Positions 9,101-18,502 of a DNA stretch of 64,000 bases are shown here, piece after piece. Made by a program: the position numbers and the translations under genes. The notes under the pieces were generated by a model, which searched no databases, was not told where the DNA came from, and worked only from the letters and a program-made list of their open reading frames with translations. The stretch is from Candidatus Enterousia sp. (GTDB lineage Bacteria; Pseudomonadota; Alphaproteobacteria; Rs-D84): assembly GCA_045648925.1 (NCBI GenBank), contig JAZROY010000004.1, positions 74,913-138,912 of the forward strand, written 5' to 3'. Position 1 is the stretch's first letter; each line of letters opens with the position of its first letter.

Positions 9101-9211
9101 AAAACTTCCCCCCTATACCAATTTTTCCAAAAGTCCAGAAGAAATAAAAACAATTGATTGTGAAGTTTTTCTTTGGTAATATTACCTGTATCATTATAAA
9201 GGAATTATGTT

Positions 9212-10171
9212 ATGGCTATAAAAGTTCGTGATTTCGAAGTGCGATTAACTCGCAACAAAGAAGAAAGAAAAATGGTGCGCCAGTTGCGTTACGAAGTTTT
9301 CTGTTTGGAAGAAGGTGCATCTGCAACCGAAGAACAAAAAAACCTGGGCGAAGAATATGATGCCTATGATACATATGCCGATTATATGGCGGTTTTCCAC
9401 GATGGTAAAATTGTTGGAACATATCGTATTATTGACAAAGATGCTGCCGACAAAATGGGTGGTTTTTACACAGAAAGCGAATTTAATTTATCCAAAATAA
9501 AAAAGGTAAAGGGCAATATTGCAGAAATGTCACGCGCCTGTGTAAAAAAAGAATATCGCGATGACGGTTTGGTTATTCGTTTGCTTTGGGCGGGATTATG
9601 CGAATATGTCGTAAAGCGCAAAGTTGTTCTTTTATTCGGTGTTCCATCTTTTGTTGGAACAAATCCTGCACAATCGGCCCAGGCATTATCTTATCTTTAT
9701 TACAACTGTTTATCACCTTCGCATTTATTGGCAACTGTGTTAAAAGAAAACCTGGACCCAAGTGTTGATCCGCGTATGACCCAGATGAATATTTTGCCAC
9801 GCGCTTTTGTTAACGAAGACGAAGCAAGAAAACAAATGACACCTTTGATTAAGGGGTATTTGCGCCTGGGGGCGACATTTGGACGCGGGGTGTTTATTGA
9901 TAAACCTTTTGGAACATATGATGTGTTTGTTTTGGTTCAAACGAAAAAAATTGACAAAGTATTCCAAAAACATTTTGCTGGTTCTGAAACTGCTTTTGAT
10001 GAATTCGATATCAAAGAAGGGCCATTACATCTTTTGACCCGCATAATTATGTCACCGTTTACCGGCACCGCTAAGGCAATAAGGGCATTTGGCGAATTGT
10101 TTATGCGTGAAGATGCAGACGATATCGAATACATTGACAAAGAAGAAACCGAAGAAGAGAATAACCAATAA
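9212..10171 (+). CDS. olsB: Ornithine lipid N-acyltransferase OlsB-like (GNAT/hemolysin-like acyltransferase)
   Basis: About 319 aa. N-terminus LRYEVFCLEEGA..YDAYDTYADYMAVFHDGKIVGTYRII resembles the OlsB family. Immediately followed (1-nt overlap) by a PlsC-type acyltransferase, the olsBA arrangement. Confidence 0.65.
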   Translation: MAIKVRDFEVRLTRNKEERKMVRQLRYEVFCLEEGASATEEQKNLGEEYDAYDTYADYMAVFHDGKIVGTYRIIDKDAADKMGGFYTESEFNLSKIKKVKGNIAEMSRACVKKEYRDDGLVIRLLWAGLCEYVVKRKVVLLFGVPSFVGTNPAQSAQALSYLYYNCLSPSHLLATVLKENLDPSVDPRMTQMNILPRAFVNEDEARKQMTPLIKGYLRLGATFGRGVFIDKPFGTYDVFVLVQTKKIDKVFQKHFAGSETAFDEFDIKEGPLHLLTRIIMSPFTGTAKAIRAFGELFMREDADDIEYIDKEETEEENNQ

Positions 10172-10980
10172 TGAAAATTCGCAAACCAAATATTTTTATT
10201 AAAATTGTGAAATTTTTTTGGCTGATGCTGGCGTGCCTTATGGTGCTTGTTAATGCCTTTATACTTTGCTTTATTCCAAAGGGTAAATTGTCTGTTAAAT
10301 ACATGCAATTTTTTATGCGTCAATTTAACTTTATGACTGGTGTGAAGTATAAGGTAAAGGGCAAGTTAACAAACAAACGACCCCTGCTCTGTGTTTGCAA
10401 CCATATTTCGATATTTGAAATTTCTACTATGGCGGTGGCATTTGGCGGTTCTTTCTTTGGTAAGAAAGAAATCGGAGAATGGCCTTTGGTTGGCTGGATT
10501 GCAAAAAAGTTTGGTGTAGTATTTATTGACCGCCGTCCTTCACACGCGATTGAAGCATTGGGGGCGATAAAATCTGAATTGGACACTGTTGATTATCCAA
10601 TGTTTATATTTCCCGAAGGGACATCGACAAACGGCGCATATGTAAAACAATTCAAAAGTTCTATGTTTGATATCGTTGAAAAAACGGGCATTACCGTACA
10701 ACCAATCGTTATTCATTATCGTTTAAAAGACGGCACAAAAATAAGCGATGAAGACATGGCAAATCATTTTGCTTACTTTTCTAATGCGAAAATGGATTGT
10801 GGCCCATATTGTAACAAAGAACGCGATGCTTTTATGCAGGTTTTCCATATAATGTGCTTGGGCGGTTTCTTGGTTGAAATCAAAGTTTTGCCAGTTCCCG
10901 ATTTGTCGGGTATGGATAGAAAACAAATGGCAGAAACCCTGCATGAAACAATTTCAAAAGAATATATGAAAAATAAATAA
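10171..10980 (+). CDS. olsA: Lysophospholipid/lyso-ornithine lipid O-acyltransferase (PlsC family), OlsA-like
   Basis: N-terminal TM. Acyltransferase motifs CNHISIFE (HX4-acidic) and FPEGTSTNG. Confidence 0.7.
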   Translation: MKIRKPNIFIKIVKFFWLMLACLMVLVNAFILCFIPKGKLSVKYMQFFMRQFNFMTGVKYKVKGKLTNKRPLLCVCNHISIFEISTMAVAFGGSFFGKKEIGEWPLVGWIAKKFGVVFIDRRPSHAIEALGAIKSELDTVDYPMFIFPEGTSTNGAYVKQFKSSMFDIVEKTGITVQPIVIHYRLKDGTKISDEDMANHFAYFSNAKMDCGPYCNKERDAFMQVFHIMCLGGFLVEIKVLPVPDLSGMDRKQMAETLHETISKEYMKNK

Positions 10981-10998
10981 TAGAAAAGAGTAGAAAAA

Positions 10999-12435
10999 AT
11001 GAAAACAGCGATTACACCAACAAGAAGTGAAAATTTTAGTGAATGGTATCAAAATTTAATTGTGGCAGCGGATTTGGCCGAAAATTCACCTGTGCGTGGT
11101 TGTATGACAATTAAACCATACGGTTGGGCAATTTGGGAACTGATGCGTGATGAAATGGATAAACGAATAAAAGCAAGCGGGGTATTAAATGCAAATTTTC
11201 CTTTGTTGATACCTATTAATTTTTTCAATAAAGAAGCAGAACATGTCGCGGGCTTTGCCAAAGAAGCAGCCGTTGTCACACATTATCGTTTAAAAATGAT
11301 TGACGGAACATTGCAACCAGACCCAGAAGCAAAACTGACTGAGCCATACATAATTCGTCCAACTTCTGAAACGATTATCGGCGAAGCAATGTCAAGATGG
11401 GTTCAATCTTATCGTGATTTACCATTAAAATTAAATCAGTGGGTAAATGTTATGCGTTGGGAAATGCGTCCAAGATTGTTCTTGCGCACCGCTGAATTTA
11501 ACTGGCAAGAAGGACACAATGTTTTTGCCACGCATGATGAGGCAAATGAAGACGCGCGTAAAATGCATAAAATGTATGCCGAATATATGGCTAATGTTTT
11601 GGCGATACCTGTTATTATGGGCGAAAAAACAGTCGAGGAAAGATTTGCAGGTGCAGACCACACTTATACAGTTGAACAAATTATGCAAGACGGCAAGGCA
11701 CTGCAGGCCGGGACTTCACACGATTTGGGACAACATTTTGCAAAATCTTTTGGTATTCAATATCTGGGGACAGATGGGAAATTAACACACGGTTGGACAA
11801 CATCTTGGGGGACCTCAACCCGCATGATGGGTGGTTTGTTTATGACACATTCTGATGACGATGGTTTAATTTTACCCCCAGCGGTTGCACCGTATCAAAT
11901 TGTTGTTATTCCAATAACTCGTGAAGAAAATGAAAAAGAATTAAATGCTTGTGCGAATAAATTAGCAGAACAATTACGCACCAAGGGTATTCGTGTTTTG
12001 GTTGATGATACAGATGCGCGTGCACCTGATAAAATGTGGAAATGGATAAAACGCGGTGTTCCATTGCGCGTTGAAATTGGTGCAAAAGAAATGGCGGATA
12101 ATACATTGACCGTAACGCGTCGCGATTTGGGTAAATCATCCAAAATAACTGTTGCAGCAGAACATTTTATAAACGATGCGCAAAATATGTTGGAGACAAT
12201 TCAACACGATATGTTGATTGCTGTTGAAAAACGAAACAAAACAATGATTCACGATGTCAAAGATTTAAAAGAATTAGAATCCGCATTGGAATCTGGAAAG
12301 ATTGGATTTTTCCGTATCAAATACGATTTAACCACAAACGAAGAATTTGATGGATTGGTTGAAAAATATAAAATATCCCGACGTTGTCTTGACGATAAAG
12401 ACCCAAGTTTTGTATTTGTTGCAAAATCATATTAA
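10999..12435 (+). CDS. proS: Prolyl-tRNA synthetase, archaeal/eukaryotic-type (short class IIa ProRS, no INS editing domain)
   Basis: 478 aa, MKTAITPTRSENFSEWYQNLIVAADLAENSPVRGCMTIKPYGWAIWE, class II motifs, C-terminal anticodon-binding plus ProRS-C1-like region. Confidence 0.9.
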   Translation: MKTAITPTRSENFSEWYQNLIVAADLAENSPVRGCMTIKPYGWAIWELMRDEMDKRIKASGVLNANFPLLIPINFFNKEAEHVAGFAKEAAVVTHYRLKMIDGTLQPDPEAKLTEPYIIRPTSETIIGEAMSRWVQSYRDLPLKLNQWVNVMRWEMRPRLFLRTAEFNWQEGHNVFATHDEANEDARKMHKMYAEYMANVLAIPVIMGEKTVEERFAGADHTYTVEQIMQDGKALQAGTSHDLGQHFAKSFGIQYLGTDGKLTHGWTTSWGTSTRMMGGLFMTHSDDDGLILPPAVAPYQIVVIPITREENEKELNACANKLAEQLRTKGIRVLVDDTDARAPDKMWKWIKRGVPLRVEIGAKEMADNTLTVTRRDLGKSSKITVAAEHFINDAQNMLETIQHDMLIAVEKRNKTMIHDVKDLKELESALESGKIGFFRIKYDLTTNEEFDGLVEKYKISRRCLDDKDPSFVFVAKSY

Positions 12436-12436
12436 A

Positions 12437-12465
12437 CAAAAAAACCGGCAATGCCGGTTTTTTTA
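12437..12465. terminator. Bidirectional rho-independent terminator
   Basis: aaaaaaaccggcaatgccggtttttttt. Confidence 0.75.
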
Positions 12466-13209
12466 TTTAACCGCCAGCACAATATTTCTTATCAAGGCAT
12501 CTTCTGTTGCGCCGCGCGAATTTAATATAACTGTATTTTTACCGCCCATCAAAAAACATGCTGGTTCCCAATTTCCCAAGACTGATAAAGATTTGAATAT
12601 CGCGTTGCCTGTATTGATATTATCAACAACAATGATGTCTGCGATTTCGCCAGATAGATGTTTTTCATGTCGAATATCTTTATCCAGCGCAACATCTAAC
12701 TGTTCAATACGCAATGTGTTTTCCGGGAATTCGTTTTTATGTATTTCGTGCCAATCGTGCAAAAGTGGTGCTATTTTTGTATTTGTATCACCACCCGCCG
12801 AAATCAACGATATAAACGGTACGCGCGTATTACCGAAAACTTTACCGAACAAAGCGACTGCATTATTCACAATGTGTGTTAATTGATTTTCATCTGGCAT
12901 CGGGATACACGCGGCATCAGTCAAAATAAAAGGTGGCCGCACACCCGCTTTATCAAAAAACACCGCGCAATGTGTTAAATAAAATTTTGCCCCACCCGTT
13001 TGTTTTTTATTTATTGCAATTATACGGCGCAAGAAATCATCAGAATGAATATCACATTTCATTAAAATATATTCAAAATTCCCAATTGGCAATTCATCAC
13101 CCATTGGCGCAGTTTCCCAGCCCACCAAGTCCGGACATTCGCGCATAGCAGATTCAATTGCATTTTTATATTTTTCAGAAACTTCACCAAAGCATAAAAA
13201 TTTTTTCAT
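12463..13209 (-). CDS. Phosphate acetyl/butyryl-transferase family protein (PTA_PTB superfamily)
   Basis: YILMKCDIHSDDFLRRI (alMKG...lR core) and C-terminal NTGNAIFKSLSVLG...SRGATEDALIRNIVLA match the PTA/PTB C-terminal region. Short at 248 aa. Confidence 0.55.
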   Translation of the reverse strand: MKKFLCFGEVSEKYKNAIESAMRECPDLVGWETAPMGDELPIGNFEYILMKCDIHSDDFLRRIIAINKKQTGGAKFYLTHCAVFFDKAGVRPPFILTDAACIPMPDENQLTHIVNNAVALFGKVFGNTRVPFISLISAGGDTNTKIAPLLHDWHEIHKNEFPENTLRIEQLDVALDKDIRHEKHLSGEIADIIVVDNINTGNAIFKSLSVLGNWEPACFLMGGKNTVILNSRGATEDALIRNIVLAVK

Positions 13210-13311
13210 TTCCTATTCCCTTTTTATCGGTGGGAATCTTAGCAAAATATAAATATTTTTATCAAATACTTTTTTGTGATATAATTATTACAACAAATTC
13301 AGGAGAGATAA

Positions 13312-14241
13312 ATGAAAATAGCAATTATCGGTGTTGGCACAGTTGGTTCTGCGATTGCAACGGCTGTTCAAAAGACAGGTTTAGTACATGAAATTGTTTT
13401 ATTCGATACAGACGGTGTTCGCGCACGCGCCGCCGCAGAAGATTTAGGACACGCGTCTGCTTTTTCTTATGATATAAAAATAAATGCGGTATCTAATTAT
13501 CGCGCAATCAAAGGGTCCGAGATAGTCATTATTGCAGCAGGTGCGAATCAAAAGCCCGGCGAAACGCGCACTGATTTATTACATAAAAATTCAGAAGTTA
13601 TCAAAGATATTGTTCCACGCGTTATGGCAAATGTTGATAACAAAAATGTAAAGTTAATTATTGTCACAAATCCGTTGGATGTTATGGTTATGTTGGCACA
13701 AAAGTTATCTAAATTACCCACATCACGTGTTATAGGAACCGGAACTATGCTGGATTCTGCACGTTTAAAGATTATTCTATCACGACAATTAAATGTATCT
13801 ACGCGTTCAATTACTTCTTATGTATTGGGCGAACACGGCGATTCGTCTGTTGTAAATTGGTCCGCAATTTGTATTGGTGGAATTGGAATTGATGATTTTT
13901 GCAAACAGGCAAAAATTTCAATGCCACAAACGACACGCAAAACTATTGAACACCGCGTAAAAAATGCAGCATATGAAATTATCAAAGGACGTGGTGCAAC
14001 ATGGGACGGAATTGGCGCGGCTGTTGTTGATTTGTTATACGCGATTGTGAACGATGAAAAACGAATTTTAACAACATCTATACTTGGTGGCACTGGCAAA
14101 GACGCAGTTGCTATGTCTATGCCACGCATAGTCGGTGCAAATGGTGTCATTATGAATCTGCAACCAAAGATGGATACAAATGAAAAAAATGCTTTGCGCA
14201 AAAGCGCGAAAATCATACGCAAAAACTTTGATTCGATTTAG
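13312..14241 (+). CDS. ldh: L-lactate dehydrogenase (LDH/MDH family, Gln at the specificity position)
   Basis: MKIAIIGVGTVGSA Rossmann, GANQKPGETR (Q as in LDH rather than the R of MDH), LGEHGDS active-site signature. Confidence 0.8.
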   Translation: MKIAIIGVGTVGSAIATAVQKTGLVHEIVLFDTDGVRARAAAEDLGHASAFSYDIKINAVSNYRAIKGSEIVIIAAGANQKPGETRTDLLHKNSEVIKDIVPRVMANVDNKNVKLIIVTNPLDVMVMLAQKLSKLPTSRVIGTGTMLDSARLKIILSRQLNVSTRSITSYVLGEHGDSSVVNWSAICIGGIGIDDFCKQAKISMPQTTRKTIEHRVKNAAYEIIKGRGATWDGIGAAVVDLLYAIVNDEKRILTTSILGGTGKDAVAMSMPRIVGANGVIMNLQPKMDTNEKNALRKSAKIIRKNFDSI

Positions 14242-14311
14242 AAAGAAATCAATCTTATAGCCATAAAAAAATCCTGTGTTATATTGAAAATCAAATACTC
14301 AGGATTTTTTT

Positions 14312-14617
14312 ATGAACAGGAAAGATATAACTTTTATAATCAAAGATAACGGTTGTCGGCTTTGCGCGATATGTAATGGCACACAAATCGGCAGTTTGTT
14401 TTTTGTTCGTACAGGTTCAGATAAAATCCTTATTTCTGATGCGGAAATAGATTCAAATTATAACGCAGATGAAATCGAATTGTATTTGGTTCAAGAAATA
14501 ATTTCTATGGCGCGCAATCAGCACCGCAAAATAATTTCAATCTGCCCGTATATTTCTGAAATATTTATGCAGCATCCAGAATTTGATGATGTTCGTATGC
14601 TGAATCACGGAAGATAA
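14312..14617 (+). CDS. Small GNAT-like acetyltransferase (Acetyltransf_CG/YjdJ-like)
   Basis: 101 aa. Layout resembles the 90-100 aa CG-type GNAT proteins. Terminator hairpin ccgccacaaaaattcatctgtggcgg follows. Confidence 0.45.
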   Translation: MNRKDITFIIKDNGCRLCAICNGTQIGSLFFVRTGSDKILISDAEIDSNYNADEIELYLVQEIISMARNQHRKIISICPYISEIFMQHPEFDDVRMLNHGR

Positions 14618-14682
14618 AAGAACCGCCACAAAAATTCATCTGTGGCGGGGCTCCCTTCCTTCCGCAATAGCGGAAACTGTTA

Positions 14683-15018
14683 TTATGCGGCCATGCGATT
14701 TGCAGATTTAGTTTCTGATTTTTCTGCATCCATAATCTTTTTCGCTTCGGCAAATACCATTTCTTTGACACGCAGTGCCAAATCTGGTGTTTCCAAAGTT
14801 TCAGCAGCCACATCAAAATTGTCTGTTCTGATTTGCAACGAAACATATGCGCCAATCAGTGCAGCACGTGACAAATCTTCGATAGACCGTGGCGCATTGT
14901 TTTTCCCAATATGCAATTCGTCACTAAGCGATACTATCTGTCTGTCTGCGTTGACCCATACAGTCGTTGTCAAAACTTTATCCAGAGCAATCATAATCTC
15001 TTTTATGTTTTTTGACAT
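14683..15018 (-). CDS. Conserved hypothetical protein (111 aa from the internal ATG with strong Shine-Dalgarno)
   Basis: ATG at 15018 is preceded by gggagga. The longer 128-aa ORF extension lacks a Shine-Dalgarno. No recognisable motif. Confidence 0.4.
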   Translation of the reverse strand: MSKNIKEIMIALDKVLTTTVWVNADRQIVSLSDELHIGKNNAPRSIEDLSRAALIGAYVSLQIRTDNFDVAAETLETPDLALRVKEMVFAEAKKIMDAEKSETKSANRMAA

Positions 15019-15487
15019 TGGTTCCTCCCTTCCAGTCATTTGTTTTATGAGAAAAAATAAACCTTTCATTGTATTTACTGTTGTATTTACAATTTTTTAC
15101 TTTTATTTTTTCCCAGTTGTTATTTTTTCCCAGATTTCCGGTTTTTACCAGATTTCTGGGGGTTTACAGGTTCCTCCACCTTGTCTATACAAACATCTTA
15201 AAACAAAAACGAATCGCGGGTCAAGTATAAATTTTGATTATTTTTAAAAAAATTAAAAAATGGCTGATTTGTAACGGTTTTATCCTCAAATATGCAGGAA
15301 AAGAATTAAAAGTCCCCATCTTTGCTTTTGTGTCATTCCGAGCGAATCGTGGGAATCCATATATACCAAAGTATCAGCAATGCAAAAATATATGGATGCT
15401 CATGCTCGTTCACACTCGCTCAGCATGACCACCTTTCGCTAAAGCTTCGGGTGGCAGGCACAGACACTTTGGGTTGAAAACTTCAAT

Positions 15488-15531
15488 CCTCCCCATTCGC
15501 TTCGCGTCCACCCCGCCCCAGGAGGGGAATT
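15488..15531. repeat. GC-rich palindromic element, partial copy of the 1088-1218 family
   Basis: cctcccc...ccccgccccaggaggggaatt, nearly identical to ccccgccccaggcggggaattt at 1198-1218. Confidence 0.55.
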
Positions 15532-15680
15532 ATCTATTTCCTGTTACAGTATAAATTTTCCCGCATTATTAATTCCACTTTGATACATAATCAGGAAAAT
15601 TTTTTGTTTAAACTTTATTTTTGTGCTTGCGCGATTTTTGATATTGTGATAAAATGATAGAAAAAGGAAAGGGAAATCTC

Positions 15681-18374
15681 ATGAAAAGATTTATTAGTGT
15701 GTTAAGTGGTTTGCTGGTTTTGCCTGCTTTTGCAGAGGTTGCACCGGTTTATTACGACGAAGTTGTCGAATATTCTGATGATGCAGCAGTGGCAGAAGAT
15801 TCTGCTGAATCTGTTGCACAAAAAAATGGTGGGCAACGAACAAATATAAATCGTTCGACATCTGCCACGCGTGCAATATCATCCGGAACAAATACATCTT
15901 CGCGGACAAATACGGCTTCACGTGCGGTTGCTTCTTCGCCAAGAACGGCGACATCTGGGACAACCCGTGGCACTGTGGCGCGTACTGCGACAAAAACATC
16001 TGGGACTGCAACACGAACCAACCAGACCGCTTCACGTGCAGTTACTTCGCGTAACGCCCAAACTTCTAAACCTGTGACGGCGCGTGTCGGTGTGTATAAC
16101 AGCCAGGTTATGTCTGGCGATCGCACTGGTGGTGGTATAACGGTCATCCCTGCCTCTGGTAACACTGCATTATATAACCCAAGTGCATCGTCCCGTATTG
16201 GTGTTGCAAGTCGTCGTGCATCTTCGCGTATTTCTACTCCGGTTGCACCTGTGACAACAACGACAACTATTACCCAAGAAGATGTCACTTCTACAACCAA
16301 CAATTTAACAAATATTGCCGAATTGACCGATTATTGCAAGGCACAATATGCGGCTTGTATGGATAATTATTGTAATATATTGGATGATAATCAGGGCAGA
16401 TGTTCTTGTTCTAAAAACATCAAAAATTATGAAAAAACAGAACAAACATTGGCCCAGGCAACCGAAGATTTCCAAAATGTCGTTCAACAAATAAGATATA
16501 TCGGTTTAACATCTGACCAGATTGAAGCATTATTCACAGAAACCGAGGCAGAACTTACCATGAAATCCACAACTGATTCTTCGCGTTTGAAAAACAGTTT
16601 GGACAGCATTAAAAAGAAAATTGTTGATGTTTCAACACCATCTGCGGCAAGTAATGTCACAAGTGGTTTGACATTGGACATGAATGGTTTGTTGACGGCT
16701 GACTTTTCTGCTGGGTTTGATTTGAATTCATTCTTGAATATGAATAACAATTCATCAAGTGTTTCCAATCAACGCGGCGAACAATTATATAAAACTGCGG
16801 CAAACAGATGTAAAACAGCGGTGCTGAATTCCTGTACAACCCAGGGTATTGATGCCAATATTATAACAAATGCTTATGATTTGGAAATTGATAAGCAATG
16901 TGTGTTATATGAACGTTCTTTGAATGATGCAAATGCTGAAATGAAACAAAATGTGACAAATGCAACCACAATTTTGCAACAGGCGCGTTTGCTTTTGGCA
17001 CAAAACAAGAATTCATATGATTTACGTGGATGTATCGCGGCAATTGATTCTTGTATGCAGGACGAATATATCTGTGGAACCGATTATGAATTATGTTTGG
17101 ACCCAACTGGTAAATATTTGGCGAACGGCGAAATTGTAAAGGGTGGAACACCTGGTGTTTCTGGTGGTCAACCAAGAACAGACGATATAATGTGTGCAAC
17201 GGCTTGCGGCAACTGGGACGATTTGGGGTATGGCACAAATTATGATGATAATGATTTAGACCAATACTGCCCTGATGGTTGTGTAGATAAGGATAAATGG
17301 GTCAGTGAAGGTATGTATAATTTATATTCCACATGGGATTATAGCAACAAAAACTATAATGCGTGGAGTATGGGTGAAAAAGAAAATCTTGGTGGATATA
17401 TTGATGAAAATTTAACTAAATGGAAATCAAATTACAAAAAATCCAAAGATACTACTTATACAGACAATATGGCAATGTATTTATTGCAAAAAATTGGCTA
17501 TATCGATGATAATGACAAGGTTCACGGGATGTGTGCATCTGTCTTTAAACAATGTCAAGATTACACATATTCATCTTCGTCCAGTCGTAAATCGACCAAA
17601 AAGTATGTTCCAGATAACGAAGTTGTTCGTCAATATCTGAACAATACACTGGCCAAAATAAAGGTACAGCAAGATGCAATCATCGCCGATTATGCAGAGG
17701 GTTGCCGTAACGATGTTACATCATGTTTGTCCACAAATGGATATGATGAAACAGCACCAAATTCAACCGCCACAAAAACAGCGATTAACGCGTGTGCTGC
17801 GGAAATCACAACATGTATGTCTGTGGGCGGATATCAAATTACAGATGGTGTGAAATTGACATTGCGTGCGATGTCCGACTGGGTTGCAAGTATTATGTTA
17901 ACATGTCCAGAAAATCAATATTTGGCTGATGATGGCGCTGGTCACGTATATTGCGCATCATGTCCATCAACTACTGTGATTTTTGATGCAAATGTGGCAT
18001 GGGCTGCAAATAATCCAGATGCCCCATACGAAGCGGCTAACGCAAGTACTAAGTATGTTACAGTGTTTGGCGGGAGTTCTACTGTCCAATTAGTTTCCGC
18101 TGGTGGACGTATAACGAGTTGTTCCTGCCCAGAGGGATATGTAGATTATAGTTCTAAAGGCGATTGTCTTATAGGTTCAAATGGTGAAGTAAGAACAACA
18201 TGTACTACTGATCCTGGGACAGCCTTGGTTTCTAATGTTCATAAGGGAGACACGTTGTGTTTAGATGCCAGTGTAAGATGTATATATACCATTGGTAATC
18301 AAAATGGATACTGTGGCACCAGTCAGGCAGATGCGGAACGTATTTATAACTTATATAATAGTTCTGGAAATTAA
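15681..18374 (+). CDS. Large secreted protein: signal peptide, S/T/R-rich low-complexity region, Cys-rich C-terminal domains (unknown family)
   Basis: ATG at 15681 with aaaggaaagggaaatctcATG. Signal peptide MKRFISVLSGLLVLPAFA. Residues about 60-200 are S/T/R/A-rich (TSATRAISSGTNTSSRTNTASRAV...). More than 40 Cys in the remainder. Terminator at 18400-18430. Confidence 0.6.
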   Translation: MKRFISVLSGLLVLPAFAEVAPVYYDEVVEYSDDAAVAEDSAESVAQKNGGQRTNINRSTSATRAISSGTNTSSRTNTASRAVASSPRTATSGTTRGTVARTATKTSGTATRTNQTASRAVTSRNAQTSKPVTARVGVYNSQVMSGDRTGGGITVIPASGNTALYNPSASSRIGVASRRASSRISTPVAPVTTTTTITQEDVTSTTNNLTNIAELTDYCKAQYAACMDNYCNILDDNQGRCSCSKNIKNYEKTEQTLAQATEDFQNVVQQIRYIGLTSDQIEALFTETEAELTMKSTTDSSRLKNSLDSIKKKIVDVSTPSAASNVTSGLTLDMNGLLTADFSAGFDLNSFLNMNNNSSSVSNQRGEQLYKTAANRCKTAVLNSCTTQGIDANIITNAYDLEIDKQCVLYERSLNDANAEMKQNVTNATTILQQARLLLAQNKNSYDLRGCIAAIDSCMQDEYICGTDYELCLDPTGKYLANGEIVKGGTPGVSGGQPRTDDIMCATACGNWDDLGYGTNYDDNDLDQYCPDGCVDKDKWVSEGMYNLYSTWDYSNKNYNAWSMGEKENLGGYIDENLTKWKSNYKKSKDTTYTDNMAMYLLQKIGYIDDNDKVHGMCASVFKQCQDYTYSSSSSRKSTKKYVPDNEVVRQYLNNTLAKIKVQQDAIIADYAEGCRNDVTSCLSTNGYDETAPNSTATKTAINACAAEITTCMSVGGYQITDGVKLTLRAMSDWVASIMLTCPENQYLADDGAGHVYCASCPSTTVIFDANVAWAANNPDAPYEAANASTKYVTVFGGSSTVQLVSAGGRITSCSCPEGYVDYSSKGDCLIGSNGEVRTTCTTDPGTALVSNVHKGDTLCLDASVRCIYTIGNQNGYCGTSQADAERIYNLYNSSGN

Positions 18375-18502
18375 TTTCGGTTATGTTTGGAATTACATAA
18401 AAAAAGCGTTGGAAACAACGCTTTTTTATTTTATTTATTCTATAAATTGTGGGCAATAATAACTGGGTGATTATCAATAAAAAAAATGCCATTGGCATTT
18501 TT

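Noticed and set aside
15752-16303. 183-aa high-GC ORF antisense to the 5' part of the 897-aa secreted-protein gene
   Set aside because: Artefact of the S/T/R-rich codons (ACN/CGN/GCN), which have no stops on the opposite strand.
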